DNA of 64,000 bases from an uncultured Gemmatimonadaceae bacterium (GTDB lineage: Bacteria; Gemmatimonadota; Gemmatimonadetes; Gemmatimonadales; Gemmatimonadaceae): positions 128,001 through 192,000 of the forward strand of contig CAWFQK010000001.1 in NCBI GenBank assembly GCA_963817955.1. The letters are read 5' to 3'. Numbering within the stretch: position 1 is the first letter of the stretch; the number at the start of each line of letters is the position of its first letter. Positions 10,083 through 21,463 of the stretch are shown one piece after another. Below the pieces are notes generated by a model. The model was not told the DNA's origin. It was given only the letters and a program-made list of their open reading frames with translations, and made no database searches. The translations under genes and the position numbers were made by a program.

Positions 10083-10105
10083 CTCCTATGGTCAACCGAT
10101 AGGAG
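10083..10105. promoter_or_regulatory. Putative PadR operator CTCCTAT-N9-ATAGGAG
   Basis: Inverted repeat overlapping the padR RBS. Confidence 0.5.
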
Positions 10106-10241
10106 AATGTGGGTGGATGCCTTCTATGGGGAAGCAATAAGGGAGATGGCGAGGTAGACCCATCGGCCCGGCCCTGGACCCTCGTCGGCGCCTTCCATAC
10201 ATTCGCGTCGCCTCTCAACGTCCTCGGACCCAGGAGCACCG

Positions 10242-12125
10242 ATGCATCGCACACCACTCGCTGCTGCCGTCGCTGCCATTTTCGTCATCGCTCCCGTGCC
10301 GGCGCAGCCACAGGCCCCGCGCACGACCATCGCGCTCAGTGTCGACGCTACGAATGCTCCGTCGCGCATTCTCCATACGCGCGAGACGATTGCCGCACGT
10401 CCCGGCCCGCTCACGCTGCTCTATCCCAAGTGGATCCCCGGTGAGCACGGGCCAACCGGGCCACTCATCGACGTCGCCGGTGTGAGGATCTCGGCGGGCG
10501 GCGCGCTGATCGCCTGGCGCCGAGATCTCGAGAACATGTACGCCATCCACTGCACGGTGCCGCAAGGCGCGACCAACGTGGACGTCGCGCTCGACTTTCT
10601 TCTGCCTTCTGATGTCTCGGGTTTCTCGTCCGGCGCCTCGTCGTCTGCCAAGCTCGTCGTGCTGAACTGGAATCAGGTGCTCATGTATCCGAGCACACCG
10701 CGGCCCGACGACATCGTCATCACGCCGCAACTCACGCTGCCCATCGGATGGAAGTTCGCCTCGGCGCTCACGCCGAGCGGCAAGAGCGTCAGCCCGATTC
10801 AGTTCGCCGCTACGTCGCTCACTATGCTCGTGGACTCACCGGTGATGGCGGGACAGTACCTGCGTTCGATCGATCTCACGCCGGCGTCCGGCGTGAGACA
10901 CACGCTCAATCTCGTGAGCGACAACGAAGCGGCGCTCGCAATAAGTCCCGACCAGGTGACGGGATACACGCACCTGGTCACGGAGGCAAACGCGCTGTTT
11001 GGCGCGCATCACTATGACCACTTCGATTTTCTCTTCACTCTGAGCGACCAGGTCTCGCACTTCGGGCTCGAGCATCATCAGTCGAACGATGACCGTGTCG
11101 CCGAGCGAACGCTCATCGACGATAACCTCCGCCGCGCCGAGTCGGACCTGCTGTCGCACGAGTTCGTGCACTCCTGGAATGGGAAGTATCGCCGGCCGGC
11201 GGGCCTGGCGACGGGCGATTTCTCGACGCCCATGAAGGGGGATCTGCTCTGGGTGTACGAGGGACTCACACAGTACCTGGGCAAAGTGCTCGCCGCGCGG
11301 TCATCGCTTCAGACTCCCGACGAGTTCCGCGGTGATCTTGCACTGCTCGCGGCGCGCCTCGACAACCGTCCCGGGCGTACCTGGCGCCCGTTGCAGGACA
11401 CGAACGACGAAGCGTAACTGCTGTACTACACGCGCGGCGACTATGACGCGGTGCGCCGGTCGGTGGACTACTACGATGAAGGCGATTTGATCTGGCTCGA
11501 GGCCGATGTCACGATTCGCCAGCTCACCAACGGCCAGAAATCACTCGATGATTTCTGCAAGACCTTTCATGGTGGCCAGAGCACCTCGGCTGTCGTCAAG
11601 CCGTACACGTTTGACGAGGTAGTCGCGACATTGAACGGCGTGGTGCCTTTCGAGTGGAAGTCATTCCTCGAAACCAGGCTCCAATCGCTGTCTGCCCACG
11701 CACCACTCGGCGGGATCGAAGAGAGTGGGTGGAAGCTCGCCTATCGCGACACGCCTACGAGCATGCACGTGGCCAAAATGGCCGATGACCACGTGATCGA
11801 TCTGTGGTATTCATTGGGAATTCGGTTCTCGGAGGACGGAACGGCGCTCGACGTGCTGCCGGGAAGTCCCGCGGCGAATGCCGGTGTGGCGCCGGGCATG
11901 AAGGTCATCGCGGTGAACGGACGCAAGTACACCACGGACCTCATTCACGACGCGCTGCTGCTTGGAAAGACGAGCTCCGCGTCGCTCGATCTGCTCGCCG
12001 CGACAGGGGACTTCTACAACACGTACCACGTCGACTATCACGGTGGCGAGCGGTATCCGTACCTCGAGCGCGAGTCGGGAAAGGCGGATCTGTTGTCGGC
12101 GATCATCAAGGCAGTGGGGCGGTAA
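10242..12125 (+). pseudogene. M61 glycyl aminopeptidase with C-terminal PDZ, interrupted by one in-frame TAA (11415-11417)
   Basis: Signal peptide, GLEH, HEFVHSWN, LWVYEGLTQY; NDEA*LLYY continues in the same frame to DYYDEG and the PDZ domain. Confidence 0.88.
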
Positions 12126-12139
12126 CGACGGATGTCTCC

Positions 12140-13177
12140 TCAATAGAACCGGATCATGACTTTGATCGCCTCGCGGTCGTTCATCGCGCGGTAGCCGTCC
12201 GGCACACCATCGAGATTCGTCACGCGGTCGAAGACGCGTCCCGGCTGGATCCGCCCTTCGAGCACGTCGGGGAGCAGCTCCTCGATGTAGGCGCGCACGG
12301 GCGCGGGTCCGCCGGCGACGATGACGTTGTCGTAGAAACTCTGCTTCGCCTCGGGGATGCCTTCATAGTGCGGCACGCCAACGCGGCCGACCGCGCCCCC
12401 GGGACGAACGACGCGCATCGCCGTCAGCATGGAGTCCGCCGAGCCGACGCACTCGAGGACCGCATGCGCGCCGTGGCCGCTGGTCAGCTCGCGCACGCCT
12501 GCGATGGCCTCGTCACCGCGCTCGCGGACGACGTCCGTCGCGCCGAAGTCGCGCGCGAGCGCGATGCGGTCCGGGTGACGACCCATGAGGATGACGCGCT
12601 CGGCGCCAAGGCGCTTCGCGGCGATGACGCCGCAGAGTCCCACGGCACCGTCGCCAATGACGACGGCCGTCTTGCCCGGCGCGACACGCGCTGCCCGCGC
12701 GGCGTGGTGCCCCGTACCCATGACGTCGGAGAGCGTGAGCAGCGAGGGCATGAGCGCGTCGTCGCGCCCGACCGGGAGCGCGACGAGCGTACCGTCGGCA
12801 TGCGGAACGCGCACCGCCTCGCCCTGGCCGCCGTCATTCTCCTTTCCGCCCCACCAGCCGCCGTGCAGACAGGAGGTCTGCAGCCCCTCCTGGCAGAACT
12901 CGCAGGTGCCGTCGGAGATGGCGAACGGCGCGACGACGACATCGCCCCGCTTGACCGTGCGCACGTGGGCGCCCACGTCCTCGACGACACCGATGAACTC
13001 GTGCCCCATACGACGCCCGGTCTCGCTCCGCTCCATCTCTTTGTACGGCCACAGGTCGCTGCCGCAGATGCAAGCGTATGTGACCCGCACGAGCGCGTCC
13101 GTCGGCTTCTTGATCGCCGCGTCGGTCACGGTCTCGACGCGGACGTCGCCCGCGCCGTACATCACGGTGGCTCTCAC
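12140..13177 (-). CDS. Zinc-dependent alcohol dehydrogenase family protein
   Basis: CGSD, GHE, CEFC...SC zinc ligands, GDGAVG. Confidence 0.93.
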   Translation of the reverse strand: MRATVMYGAGDVRVETVTDAAIKKPTDALVRVTYACICGSDLWPYKEMERSETGRRMGHEFIGVVEDVGAHVRTVKRGDVVVAPFAISDGTCEFCQEGLQTSCLHGGWWGGKENDGGQGEAVRVPHADGTLVALPVGRDDALMPSLLTLSDVMGTGHHAARAARVAPGKTAVVIGDGAVGLCGVIAAKRLGAERVILMGRHPDRIALARDFGATDVVRERGDEAIAGVRELTSGHGAHAVLECVGSADSMLTAMRVVRPGGAVGRVGVPHYEGIPEAKQSFYDNVIVAGGPAPVRAYIEELLPDVLEGRIQPGRVFDRVTNLDGVPDGYRAMNDREAIKVMIRFY

Positions 13178-13319
13178 TTCGTCTCTCCTGTCGTCTGACT
13201 GCGGGTGCTTTGCACCACTCGTATAGCGAGTGCGGGATTCCCGGCTTCGAACCTTTGCGAGGGCAGTGAGAGCAGAACCATTTACTCGATCGCCATGACG
13301 TGGAGGTGGTATCGCCGCC

Positions 13320-13673
13320 CTATTTAGCGGATGCTTCGCTCCGAGCAGCCACAGCGAATTGCAGAAAATACTCGCAGAGATAGCTGGCTAGATCCGCTTC
13401 CGCCGAATCGTCGAAGAACACACGACAGAACTGCTCGCGCGCGCGGAGGACTTCGCGTCGTTGCGGAAGCGTCCGTCGCGGATCGGTCGCTGTGAGATCG
13501 AACAGTTCGAGCGCGCGGTCGATCGCCCGATGACAACGCTCGGGTTGACCCGCTGCCTGCGCGCGTATCGCCCGCTCGACCTCACTACCGACGTTACCCA
13601 GTTGTTCCACCAAGGATAGCGTGTGCCAGCGCCCGCGAGCGAGCGAAGGATGCGCAGGCGCGTTCGTCATCAT
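13320..13673 (-). CDS. Conserved hypothetical helical protein
   Basis: HPSLARGRWHTLSLVEQLGNVGSEVERA...RALELFDLT...REVLRARE resembles a recurrent uncharacterised family. Confidence 0.75.
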   Translation of the reverse strand: MMTNAPAHPSLARGRWHTLSLVEQLGNVGSEVERAIRAQAAGQPERCHRAIDRALELFDLTATDPRRTLPQRREVLRAREQFCRVFFDDSAEADLASYLCEYFLQFAVAARSEASAK

Positions 13674-13712
13674 ACCGATTGAAAGTAGCAGTGCCCGGCA
13701 TCGACGGCAGCG

Positions 13713-13764
13713 TCGTGACAGTCGTGTGGCCACCGCCGGAGCGGTAGCCACACGACTGTCACGA
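13713..13764. terminator. Long hairpin (18-bp perfect outer stem), possible terminator or REP-like element
   Basis: TCGTGACAGTCGTGTGGC / GCCACACGACTGTCACGA with inner ACCGC/GCGGT; lies 3' of the 13798-14535 gene; no clear U-tract. Confidence 0.5.
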
Positions 13765-13797
13765 GACTACGCAACATCAACCTGCTTACGTCACTAC

Positions 13798-14535
13798 TTA
13801 CGTCACTGCGGGCGCCGTCGCGACCTGCGGCGCCGACCCCCCAGCGGTTGCTGCCACCGGCGGTTCGCCGGCGCCGCTGACGGCGGCCGGCACCTGTACT
13901 GATCCCTTCTGCACGACCCGTCTCGCCACGCGCCAGCCGGCGAGGAATGCCGGATCACCAGCAAACTGCCTGCTGATGACCGCGTTCAGCATGTTCACCG
14001 CCTCCCGTGCCCGTGCAAGCTCCTGCGCCATCGCCTGCGTTGCCCCGGCACGACGGACCTTGGTGTTTCCGCGCTCGGCTGCGACCGCCTCCACCGCGGT
14101 GGCGGCAGCACCAAGTTGCTGCAGCGTGTCCGTGGGGAACCCACCCTGCACGAGGGCATCGGCGTGCGGGGAGGCCGCCGTGGCCATCGCGCGTGCCGCG
14201 TGCACGAGCTGCTTGGGACGCAGCGACGACACGGGCGTGGTGAGGGCCGCAAAGTCCGGCACGCCGCGGAGCTTGGCGCGCGCGAACACGGTTAACGGCC
14301 GCATGTGCTGATTCTTCAGATCGCTGAGGAGCGACCGTTGACGACTGATCTGCCCGGCCAGCTGCAGATCTGCCGTGTTCTGGTCGATGCCGTGCCCCTG
14401 GAACTGCGCCACGGCCTCGTCCAACTGCCTCCGACCTTCCGATTGGTTGAGTGCCCCGACCTGAGTGGAGTGTACGTCGAGGAAGTCCTGCGACCGCCGC
14501 AGCGCTTCCCACTGCCGCTGTTGCGCCTGATTCAT
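13798..14535 (-). CDS. Hypothetical alpha-helical protein with Ala/Pro-rich tail
   Basis: AGGAG RBS, ATG 14535, MNQAQQRQWEALRRSQDFLD...GDPAFLAGWRVARRV. Confidence 0.8.
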   Translation of the reverse strand: MNQAQQRQWEALRRSQDFLDVHSTQVGALNQSEGRRQLDEAVAQFQGHGIDQNTADLQLAGQISRQRSLLSDLKNQHMRPLTVFARAKLRGVPDFAALTTPVSSLRPKQLVHAARAMATAASPHADALVQGGFPTDTLQQLGAAATAVEAVAAERGNTKVRRAGATQAMAQELARAREAVNMLNAVISRQFAGDPAFLAGWRVARRVVQKGSVQVPAAVSGAGEPPVAATAGGSAPQVATAPAVT

Positions 14536-14688
14536 GCTAGCTACTCCTGCGTTACCTACGTGATGGATGCGTCGGACAGCAAGAACGCCAGCGCGCGCAT
14601 CCGTCACGCTGGCGGAGATCACTGTATGGATGACAAAGGCCGTGTATGGGCGGACAGAATGTCCGCTCGCCCACGCTGACAGCGCGCA

Positions 14689-15001
14689 CGGGTCGCCGAA
14701 AGGCGCGAGCAGGTCGCTGAATCACGCGAGCGGGTCAGCGAAAACCGCGACCGGGTCGCCGAAACACGTGACCGGGTCAACGAAACGCGCGAGCGGGTCA
14801 ACGAAAGGCCCGATCGGGTCAGTGAATCACGCTGAGGGTCGGCCGTACAGCGCTTGCATCGCGTATTTCAGTGCTTGCATCGCGTTATTTCAGAGCTTGT
14901 ATCGCGTATTTCAGCGCTTGTATCGCGTATTTCAGCGCTTGTATCGCGTATTTCAGCGCTTGTATCGCGTCTTTCAGCGCTTGTATCGCGTCGTACAGCG
15001 C
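14689..15001. repeat. Two-part degenerate 21-bp tandem array
   Basis: ~7 units CGGGTC(A/G)NYGAANNNCGCGAN, then ~7 units TATCGCGTATTTCAGCGCTTG in the same register. Confidence 0.92.
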
Positions 15002-15375
15002 AGACGGGGCGAAATCACCGATGTGAACACGAATGCCACAAATGCGTGCGACGGTTGTCGCGCCCATTCGTGGCATTTATGGCGTTTGCGCTCCGGGTTC
15101 AGCGATCGCTCATCGGCGAATCAGAGCTGGAGTCGCACTGCCCCCTACTATCTAGTCTCCGCTGGCGCACGCCAGCGCAAGAGTAAACTATCGTTTTCGC
15201 CAAAATTCTTTTGACGAGGACCGAAAAGTTGTGTTTTCGAGACTGGGGTGTTTGTAAAGGTGAAATCCCGAAGTGTCGTTGACGCAATTCTGTCCAGCAA
15301 ACCCTTACTTCGCGAAGGTTCGGGAGTACGGGCTGTGGACACGCGACACGCGAAACAACCGCATCCCGCTCACTT

Positions 15376-15888
15376 TCAGTTCGCGCCGCCGAGTTCGCGC
15401 GTCATCTCGATCATCGTCCGGCGGAACCCCGCGCTCGCAAACAGGCGTTGCGCGGGCGCATTCCGCTCCGCCGTCGAGAGCACAACTCGCGGGGCGCCAC
15501 GGACCTCGAGCGCCGCCAGCGACGCATCGAGTAGCATCCGAGCAATGCCGCGCCCGCGATTGGCGGGATCGACCACGATGTCGTACAGCACTCCCGCTGG
15601 CCCACGCAGCGCCATGTAGTCGCGTCCCTCCACGCCCGCATAGGTGTAGCCAAGCACCTTGCCGTCCTGCTCGGCGACGAGGACGAACACATTCGGCTCC
15701 TCGAGCTGGGTCCCCAGAAACGAGGCATACGCGTCCTCGGTCCGCGACGTGGCCTCAAGAAAGCGCTCCGGATCGAAATCGTGGTGCGTGCGAACGAGGA
15801 GCGCACCGAGGCGGCCAATGGCGGGCAAGTCTGCCCGCTTGGCGGGACGGATCGTGACGGCGGGAGCGTCGGATCGTGGCGCTGTCAC
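15376..15888 (-). CDS. GNAT family N-acetyltransferase
   Basis: TIRPAKRADL, VDPANRGRGIA, NAPAQRLFASAGFR; GTG start inferred. Confidence 0.9.
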   Translation of the reverse strand: MTAPRSDAPAVTIRPAKRADLPAIGRLGALLVRTHHDFDPERFLEATSRTEDAYASFLGTQLEEPNVFVLVAEQDGKVLGYTYAGVEGRDYMALRGPAGVLYDIVVDPANRGRGIARMLLDASLAALEVRGAPRVVLSTAERNAPAQRLFASAGFRRTMIEMTRELGGAN

Positions 15889-15901
15889 TTTGTCCCGGCC
15901 A

Positions 15902-16984
<1,083 letters not shown>

Positions 16985-17153
16985 CTATATCTAGCTCTCC
17001 GAGGAGTTTGCACGCATTCACCATGACGGCCTCATGTGAATCCGCTACGCCCCCGTTGTTGCGCGTCCAGCCGCCGTCCGTCTAACCTGACATATTGCAA
17101 ACAGGCGTCTCATCACCTGAGTTCCGCTCGCGCCTCGCCCGAGCTCGTCACGC

Positions 17154-18770
17154 ATGCCAAGGACGATGATGTCCGTAGTGGCCAACGAAACGAACACGAC
17201 TGGGAAGCACCCGATTGCGGCGCGCCGGTCGTCGCACGCGTTCGCGCGCACCAGCGCGGACCTACTCGCCTGCCTCACGATCGCATTCGGCGTTGCCGCA
17301 GTGCTGGCATGGCACCTCGGGTGGATTCAGGCGTTCCAGCTCGTTCCCGGCGCCAATGTGGTGGCATACAACACCGCGCTGGCCTTCGTGGTGCTGGGCG
17401 TGGCCTCACTGGCGAGCGGGCGACAAAAGTGGGTGGTCGCCGTATGCACCAGCGTCGTGGCGCTCCTGGCCATTGTCACCTTGCTCGAGTACGCGGTGGG
17501 CCGCTCGCTCGGCATCGCCACGGTCTTCTTTCGTCCATACCCGGTGGGCGACATGCTGCCGACCGGTCGCATCTCGCCGAACGCGGCGCTGGAACTTCTC
17601 TTCGCTTCGACGGCGATCCTGATCGTCTCGTTTCGGCCCGGCGTCGGTTGGGCCCACGTCACGAGCGCGGTGATGGGTTGCCTGATGGGTGCACTCGGCG
17701 CGGCCGCGCTGCTCGGGTATGTGTTCGACGTGCCGACCGCGTACGGATGGGGAGAATTCACCGACATGGCGCCTACGACGGCGACCGTCTCGATGGCAAT
17801 GGCCGCCGTCGTGATCGCCCTGTCGTTCAGGAATCCTAAACAGCCCGCAGGCGAGTTGCCGGGCTGGCTGCCCGTACCGATTGGGATCGCCATCCTCACG
17901 CTTGCGGGAGCGATGGCGTCTGCCGTTGCGACATTGCCGGGCCGCACACATGTCGTCCTCAGTGTCACGATTCTCACATCCGGCATCCTCCAGGCCGTGC
18001 TGGTCAGTGGCGTGGTGCTCGTGCTGCAACGGCTCGGCCGCACGCGCGCCGCGCTCGAAATACAAGCGGCTGAACTCGCGCGCTCGAACGCGGAGCTTGA
18101 GCACTTCGCGTATGTCGCGTCACACGATCTCCAGGAGCCCTTGCGAATGATCGCCAGCTATGGCGAACTGCTCGATCGCAATCTCGCCGGCACGCTCGAC
18201 GAGAAGACCAACCGGTATCTCGCCTATATGGTGGATGGAGCGACCCGGATGCAGCGCCTCATCAACGACCTCCTGGCATACTCGCGCGTCGGCACCCAGG
18301 GCGGTCGCGCGGCGGTTACCGAGCCGGAAGCCGTGCTCGCGCGTGTTTGCGACTCGCTGTCGCTGCGCATGACTGACGTCGCCGGCCGCGTCACCAACGA
18401 CTCGCTTCCTGCCGTGCTCGCGGACCCGATGCAGCTCGAAGCCGTGTTTCAGAATCTGATCACGAATGCGCTCAAATTCACCGCGGGATCACCGCCGCGC
18501 ATTCACGTCACGGCGGAGGGCCAGGGCGACATGATCCATCTCGCCGTGTCGGATAACGGCATCGGGATCGATCCCGCATATTTCGATCGCATCTTCGTGC
18601 TCTTTCAGCGTCTGCACGGCAGCGGCAAGTACCCAGGCAGTGGCCTGGGCCTGGCAATCACGAAGAAGATCGTCGAGCGCCACGGCGGCAGCATATGGGT
18701 GGAGTCCGTGCCCGGCGGGGGGTCGACCTTCCATTTTACCCTGCCCGCCGCCCAGGTTGCCGCAGCGTAA
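17154..18770 (+). CDS. Multi-TM sensor histidine kinase (phytochrome-like transmitter)
   Basis: ~8 TM helices; FAYVASHDLQEPLR H-box, NLITNALKF, DNGIG, GSGLGL; start uncertain. Confidence 0.93.
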   Translation: MPRTMMSVVANETNTTGKHPIAARRSSHAFARTSADLLACLTIAFGVAAVLAWHLGWIQAFQLVPGANVVAYNTALAFVVLGVASLASGRQKWVVAVCTSVVALLAIVTLLEYAVGRSLGIATVFFRPYPVGDMLPTGRISPNAALELLFASTAILIVSFRPGVGWAHVTSAVMGCLMGALGAAALLGYVFDVPTAYGWGEFTDMAPTTATVSMAMAAVVIALSFRNPKQPAGELPGWLPVPIGIAILTLAGAMASAVATLPGRTHVVLSVTILTSGILQAVLVSGVVLVLQRLGRTRAALEIQAAELARSNAELEHFAYVASHDLQEPLRMIASYGELLDRNLAGTLDEKTNRYLAYMVDGATRMQRLINDLLAYSRVGTQGGRAAVTEPEAVLARVCDSLSLRMTDVAGRVTNDSLPAVLADPMQLEAVFQNLITNALKFTAGSPPRIHVTAEGQGDMIHLAVSDNGIGIDPAYFDRIFVLFQRLHGSGKYPGSGLGLAITKKIVERHGGSIWVESVPGGGSTFHFTLPAAQVAAA

Positions 18771-18806
18771 GAATCCACGCAACGGGCTGACCCCACCCAC
18801 ATTCAG

Positions 18807-19229
18807 ATGCCTCACCAACTACAGATCCTGATGGTCGAAGACAATCCCGGGGACGTGGACCTCACCCGGGAGGCGCTTGACGCAGCGCATATCGTCAGTG
18901 ACTTGCAGTTGGCGAGGGACGGGGAGGAAGCGCTCTGCATGCTGCGCGGTATCGGGCGATCGCCGGACCTCATCTTCCTGGATCTGAATCTTCCGAGAAT
19001 CAGCGGATTTGAAGTGCTGGCGCAGATCAAGGCCGATCCGAACCTTCGGCGCATTCCTGTGATCATTCTGACGTCTTCTGCCGCAGAGCGCGACGTCACG
19101 CGCGGCTACGACCTCCACGCGAACGCGTACGTCGTGAAGCCGGTCTGCCTGCAGCAGTTCTTCGCGGCCATTCGCAGCATCGAACAGTTCTGGGCGTCCG
19201 TCGTACGTCTCCCACAGGCCGCCGGCTGA
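18807..19229 (+). CDS. Single-domain response regulator (Rcp1-like)
   Basis: [25 protein letters not shown]. Confidence 0.94.
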   Translation: MPHQLQILMVEDNPGDVDLTREALDAAHIVSDLQLARDGEEALCMLRGIGRSPDLIFLDLNLPRISGFEVLAQIKADPNLRRIPVIILTSSAAERDVTRGYDLHANAYVVKPVCLQQFFAAIRSIEQFWASVVRLPQAAG

Positions 19230-20356
19230 TGGGCGTCATGCCGAACCTCACCGTGCTGCTCGTAGAAGACAACCCGGGTGACGCGCTCCTGATCGAAGAA
19301 ATGATCGCGGATCGCGGACGCGACACCGTTCGCCTGCAACTCCGCACGGCCACCGATCTCCGAGCGGGCATCGACGCCGCTCGTGGGACGCAACTCGACG
19401 CAGTCTTTCTCGATCTGTCGCTGCCGGACTCGCATGGATTGGAGACGCTCGATCGTTTTCGAGAAACCGCGCACGATCTGCCTGTCATCGTCCTCACCGG
19501 CTGGGACGATGCCGATATCGCGGCAGAAGCAATGCGTCGCGGCGCGCAAGACTATCTCGTGAAGGGTTCGTTCGATGCTTCCCTCCTGCGCCGATCGGTG
19601 CGTTATGCGGTGGAGCGGGCAGCGGGCGAACGAGAGCGTCGCCTGCTCGAATCGCGACTCCGGCATGCCGAGCGACTCGACTCCGTTGGCCGGCTGGCTG
19701 GCGCCGTCGCACACGACTTCAACAACCTGTTGACCACGATCGTCAACAATCTGGAGTTTGCTCGAAAGGAAGGTCCGCTCACCGCGGCGCAGCGAGCGGA
19801 CATCGATACCGCACTCGGCGCCGCCGACTCCGCCGCCGGCCTGGTCCGTCAGATTGTACAGCTCTCGCAGTGGGGTGAGGAGCCCGCGACCATGCTGTTG
19901 ATCGATTGCGCGATCCGCGAGATCTGTGTCGATCTCCACGATCGTTGGGGCAGTCGGCATCCGTTGCTGGTGCGTGGTCAATGCGCCGCAAGCGTTGCAA
20001 TCATGCCAGACGAGCTCCAGCGGGTGCTGCACAACCTCAGTGAGAACGCATACGAGGCAATGCCAAACGGTGGGACCATCATCGTCGAAGTCGCCGACGT
20101 GCGGCCTGGCCCCTCGAGCGCGGCCGGGGTTCGCATCAGCGTGACGGATGACGGGACCGGCATGAACGCGGACACCGTGCAGAAGATCTTCGATATGTAT
20201 TTCTCAACGAAGCCAGACGCGCAGCGGGTTGGGAGCGGACTCGGATTCGGACTCGCCGTGGCGCACGCGATCGTTACGGCTCGGGGCGGTTACATCGATG
20301 TCACGTCCACGCCGGGCCACGGAAGCCGATTTGATGTGATCCTGCCCGCAGCATAG
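19229..20356 (+). CDS. Hybrid receiver-histidine kinase
   Basis: LDLSLPD receiver; AHDFNNLL, DDGTGM, GFGLA; TGATG coupling with the upstream gene. Confidence 0.92.
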   Translation: MGVMPNLTVLLVEDNPGDALLIEEMIADRGRDTVRLQLRTATDLRAGIDAARGTQLDAVFLDLSLPDSHGLETLDRFRETAHDLPVIVLTGWDDADIAAEAMRRGAQDYLVKGSFDASLLRRSVRYAVERAAGERERRLLESRLRHAERLDSVGRLAGAVAHDFNNLLTTIVNNLEFARKEGPLTAAQRADIDTALGAADSAAGLVRQIVQLSQWGEEPATMLLIDCAIREICVDLHDRWGSRHPLLVRGQCAASVAIMPDELQRVLHNLSENAYEAMPNGGTIIVEVADVRPGPSSAAGVRISVTDDGTGMNADTVQKIFDMYFSTKPDAQRVGSGLGFGLAVAHAIVTARGGYIDVTSTPGHGSRFDVILPAA

Positions 20357-20419
20357 CTGCGCGCCAGAAATCTCTGCCCGAGTGCTTGGTTGGATGGACG
20401 AGTTCGCCTAGTCTCCAGC

Positions 20420-21463
20420 ATGTACTCGACCTGTCTGTTCTGCCATTCCGCTCTGGGGAAGAACGAAGCAATCGAACACTTTCCCGTCGGAAGACGACTC
20501 GCGTTCGACGAGGCGAAAGGCCGGTTGTGGGTGGTGTGCAGCTCATGCGAGCGGTGGAACCTCACGCCGATCGAAGAGCGGTGGGAGGCGATCGAGGAGT
20601 GCGAGCGCGCCTTTCGCGATACGAAGCTACGCGTTTCGACCGACAACGTGGGACTCGCGCGGTTGCGCGAGGGCATCACGCTGGTTCGCATCGGGGCACC
20701 ACAGCGCCCCGAACTCGCCGCGTGGCGTTACGGCGATCAGTTCGGACGACGCAGGCGTAAGCACGTCATCATGACGAGCACCGTGATCGCTGCGGCAGGC
20801 GGTCTCGTCATCGCCGGTCCGTTCATGGGCCTGATCAGCGCTTCTGCGGTCAACCTGCTCAACGTCGGGAGCGCCGTCGACTCGTTTCGCGCGGTGGCCC
20901 GCATCAACGTTGAAGGAACGCAGTACCGTCTCAACCGCAAAGCGATCGCGCGAGTCGCCCTCCGCCGCCACGGCCAGACCGGGTTCGAGCTGGAGATTCC
21001 CTACATGATACCGTGGAAGACTGCGATCACGTTCGCCAAGTACGGCGGCGCGGCGGCTCTCAGGTCGAACCCGTCGCTGACGCTGCTCGACGACGATGCG
21101 TTGCGGGCCGCGCGTACCCTGCTGCCGCGCATCAATTCCAAGGGCGGGGCCGTCGCCGCCGTGCGCGACGCCGTCGATTTGCTCGAGGCAACACCGCAGC
21201 CTGACAGATTGTTCGCGCGCGCCGCCCAGGCAAGCGAACGACGCAGGGGCTGGTCGGCGCTGCCGTCGGGAAGCATCTCGACACTGCCGGCCGCGCAACG
21301 TCTGGCGCTCGAAATGGTTCTGCATGAAGAGGACGAGCGCCGTGCCCTCGAGGGTGAGTTGGCGACGCTCGAGGAGCGATGGAGAGAAGCCGAGGAGATC
21401 GCCGCAATCAGCGACGACATGTTCCTGCCGGCTGGTATCGTTGACAGGTTGAGGCGGGTGTGA
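20420..21463 (+). CDS. Hypothetical protein with N-terminal CxxC...CxxC zinc ribbon and one TM segment
   Basis: MYSTCLFC...VVCSSCERWNL; C-terminal EEDERRALEGEL...WREAEEIAAISD. Confidence 0.85.
   Translation: MYSTCLFCHSALGKNEAIEHFPVGRRLAFDEAKGRLWVVCSSCERWNLTPIEERWEAIEECERAFRDTKLRVSTDNVGLARLREGITLVRIGAPQRPELAAWRYGDQFGRRRRKHVIMTSTVIAAAGGLVIAGPFMGLISASAVNLLNVGSAVDSFRAVARINVEGTQYRLNRKAIARVALRRHGQTGFELEIPYMIPWKTAITFAKYGGAAALRSNPSLTLLDDDALRAARTLLPRINSKGGAVAAVRDAVDLLEATPQPDRLFARAAQASERRRGWSALPSGSISTLPAAQRLALEMVLHEEDERRALEGELATLEERWREAEEIAAISDDMFLPAGIVDRLRRV

Noticed and set aside
9248..11417. Stop-codon recoding or selenocysteine
   Set aside because: The two in-frame stops differ (TGA at a hydrophobic position, TAA at a likely Gln), and TGA and TAA end many normal genes here.
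13713..13764. Integron attC site
   Set aside because: No RYYYAAC/GTTRRRY ends and no integrase.
14689..15001. CRISPR array
   Set aside because: Units are contiguous 21-mers with no unique spacers, and no cas genes are present.
15250..15275. rRNA-like fragment GTAAAGGTGAAATC
   Set aside because: The similarity is too short and does not extend.
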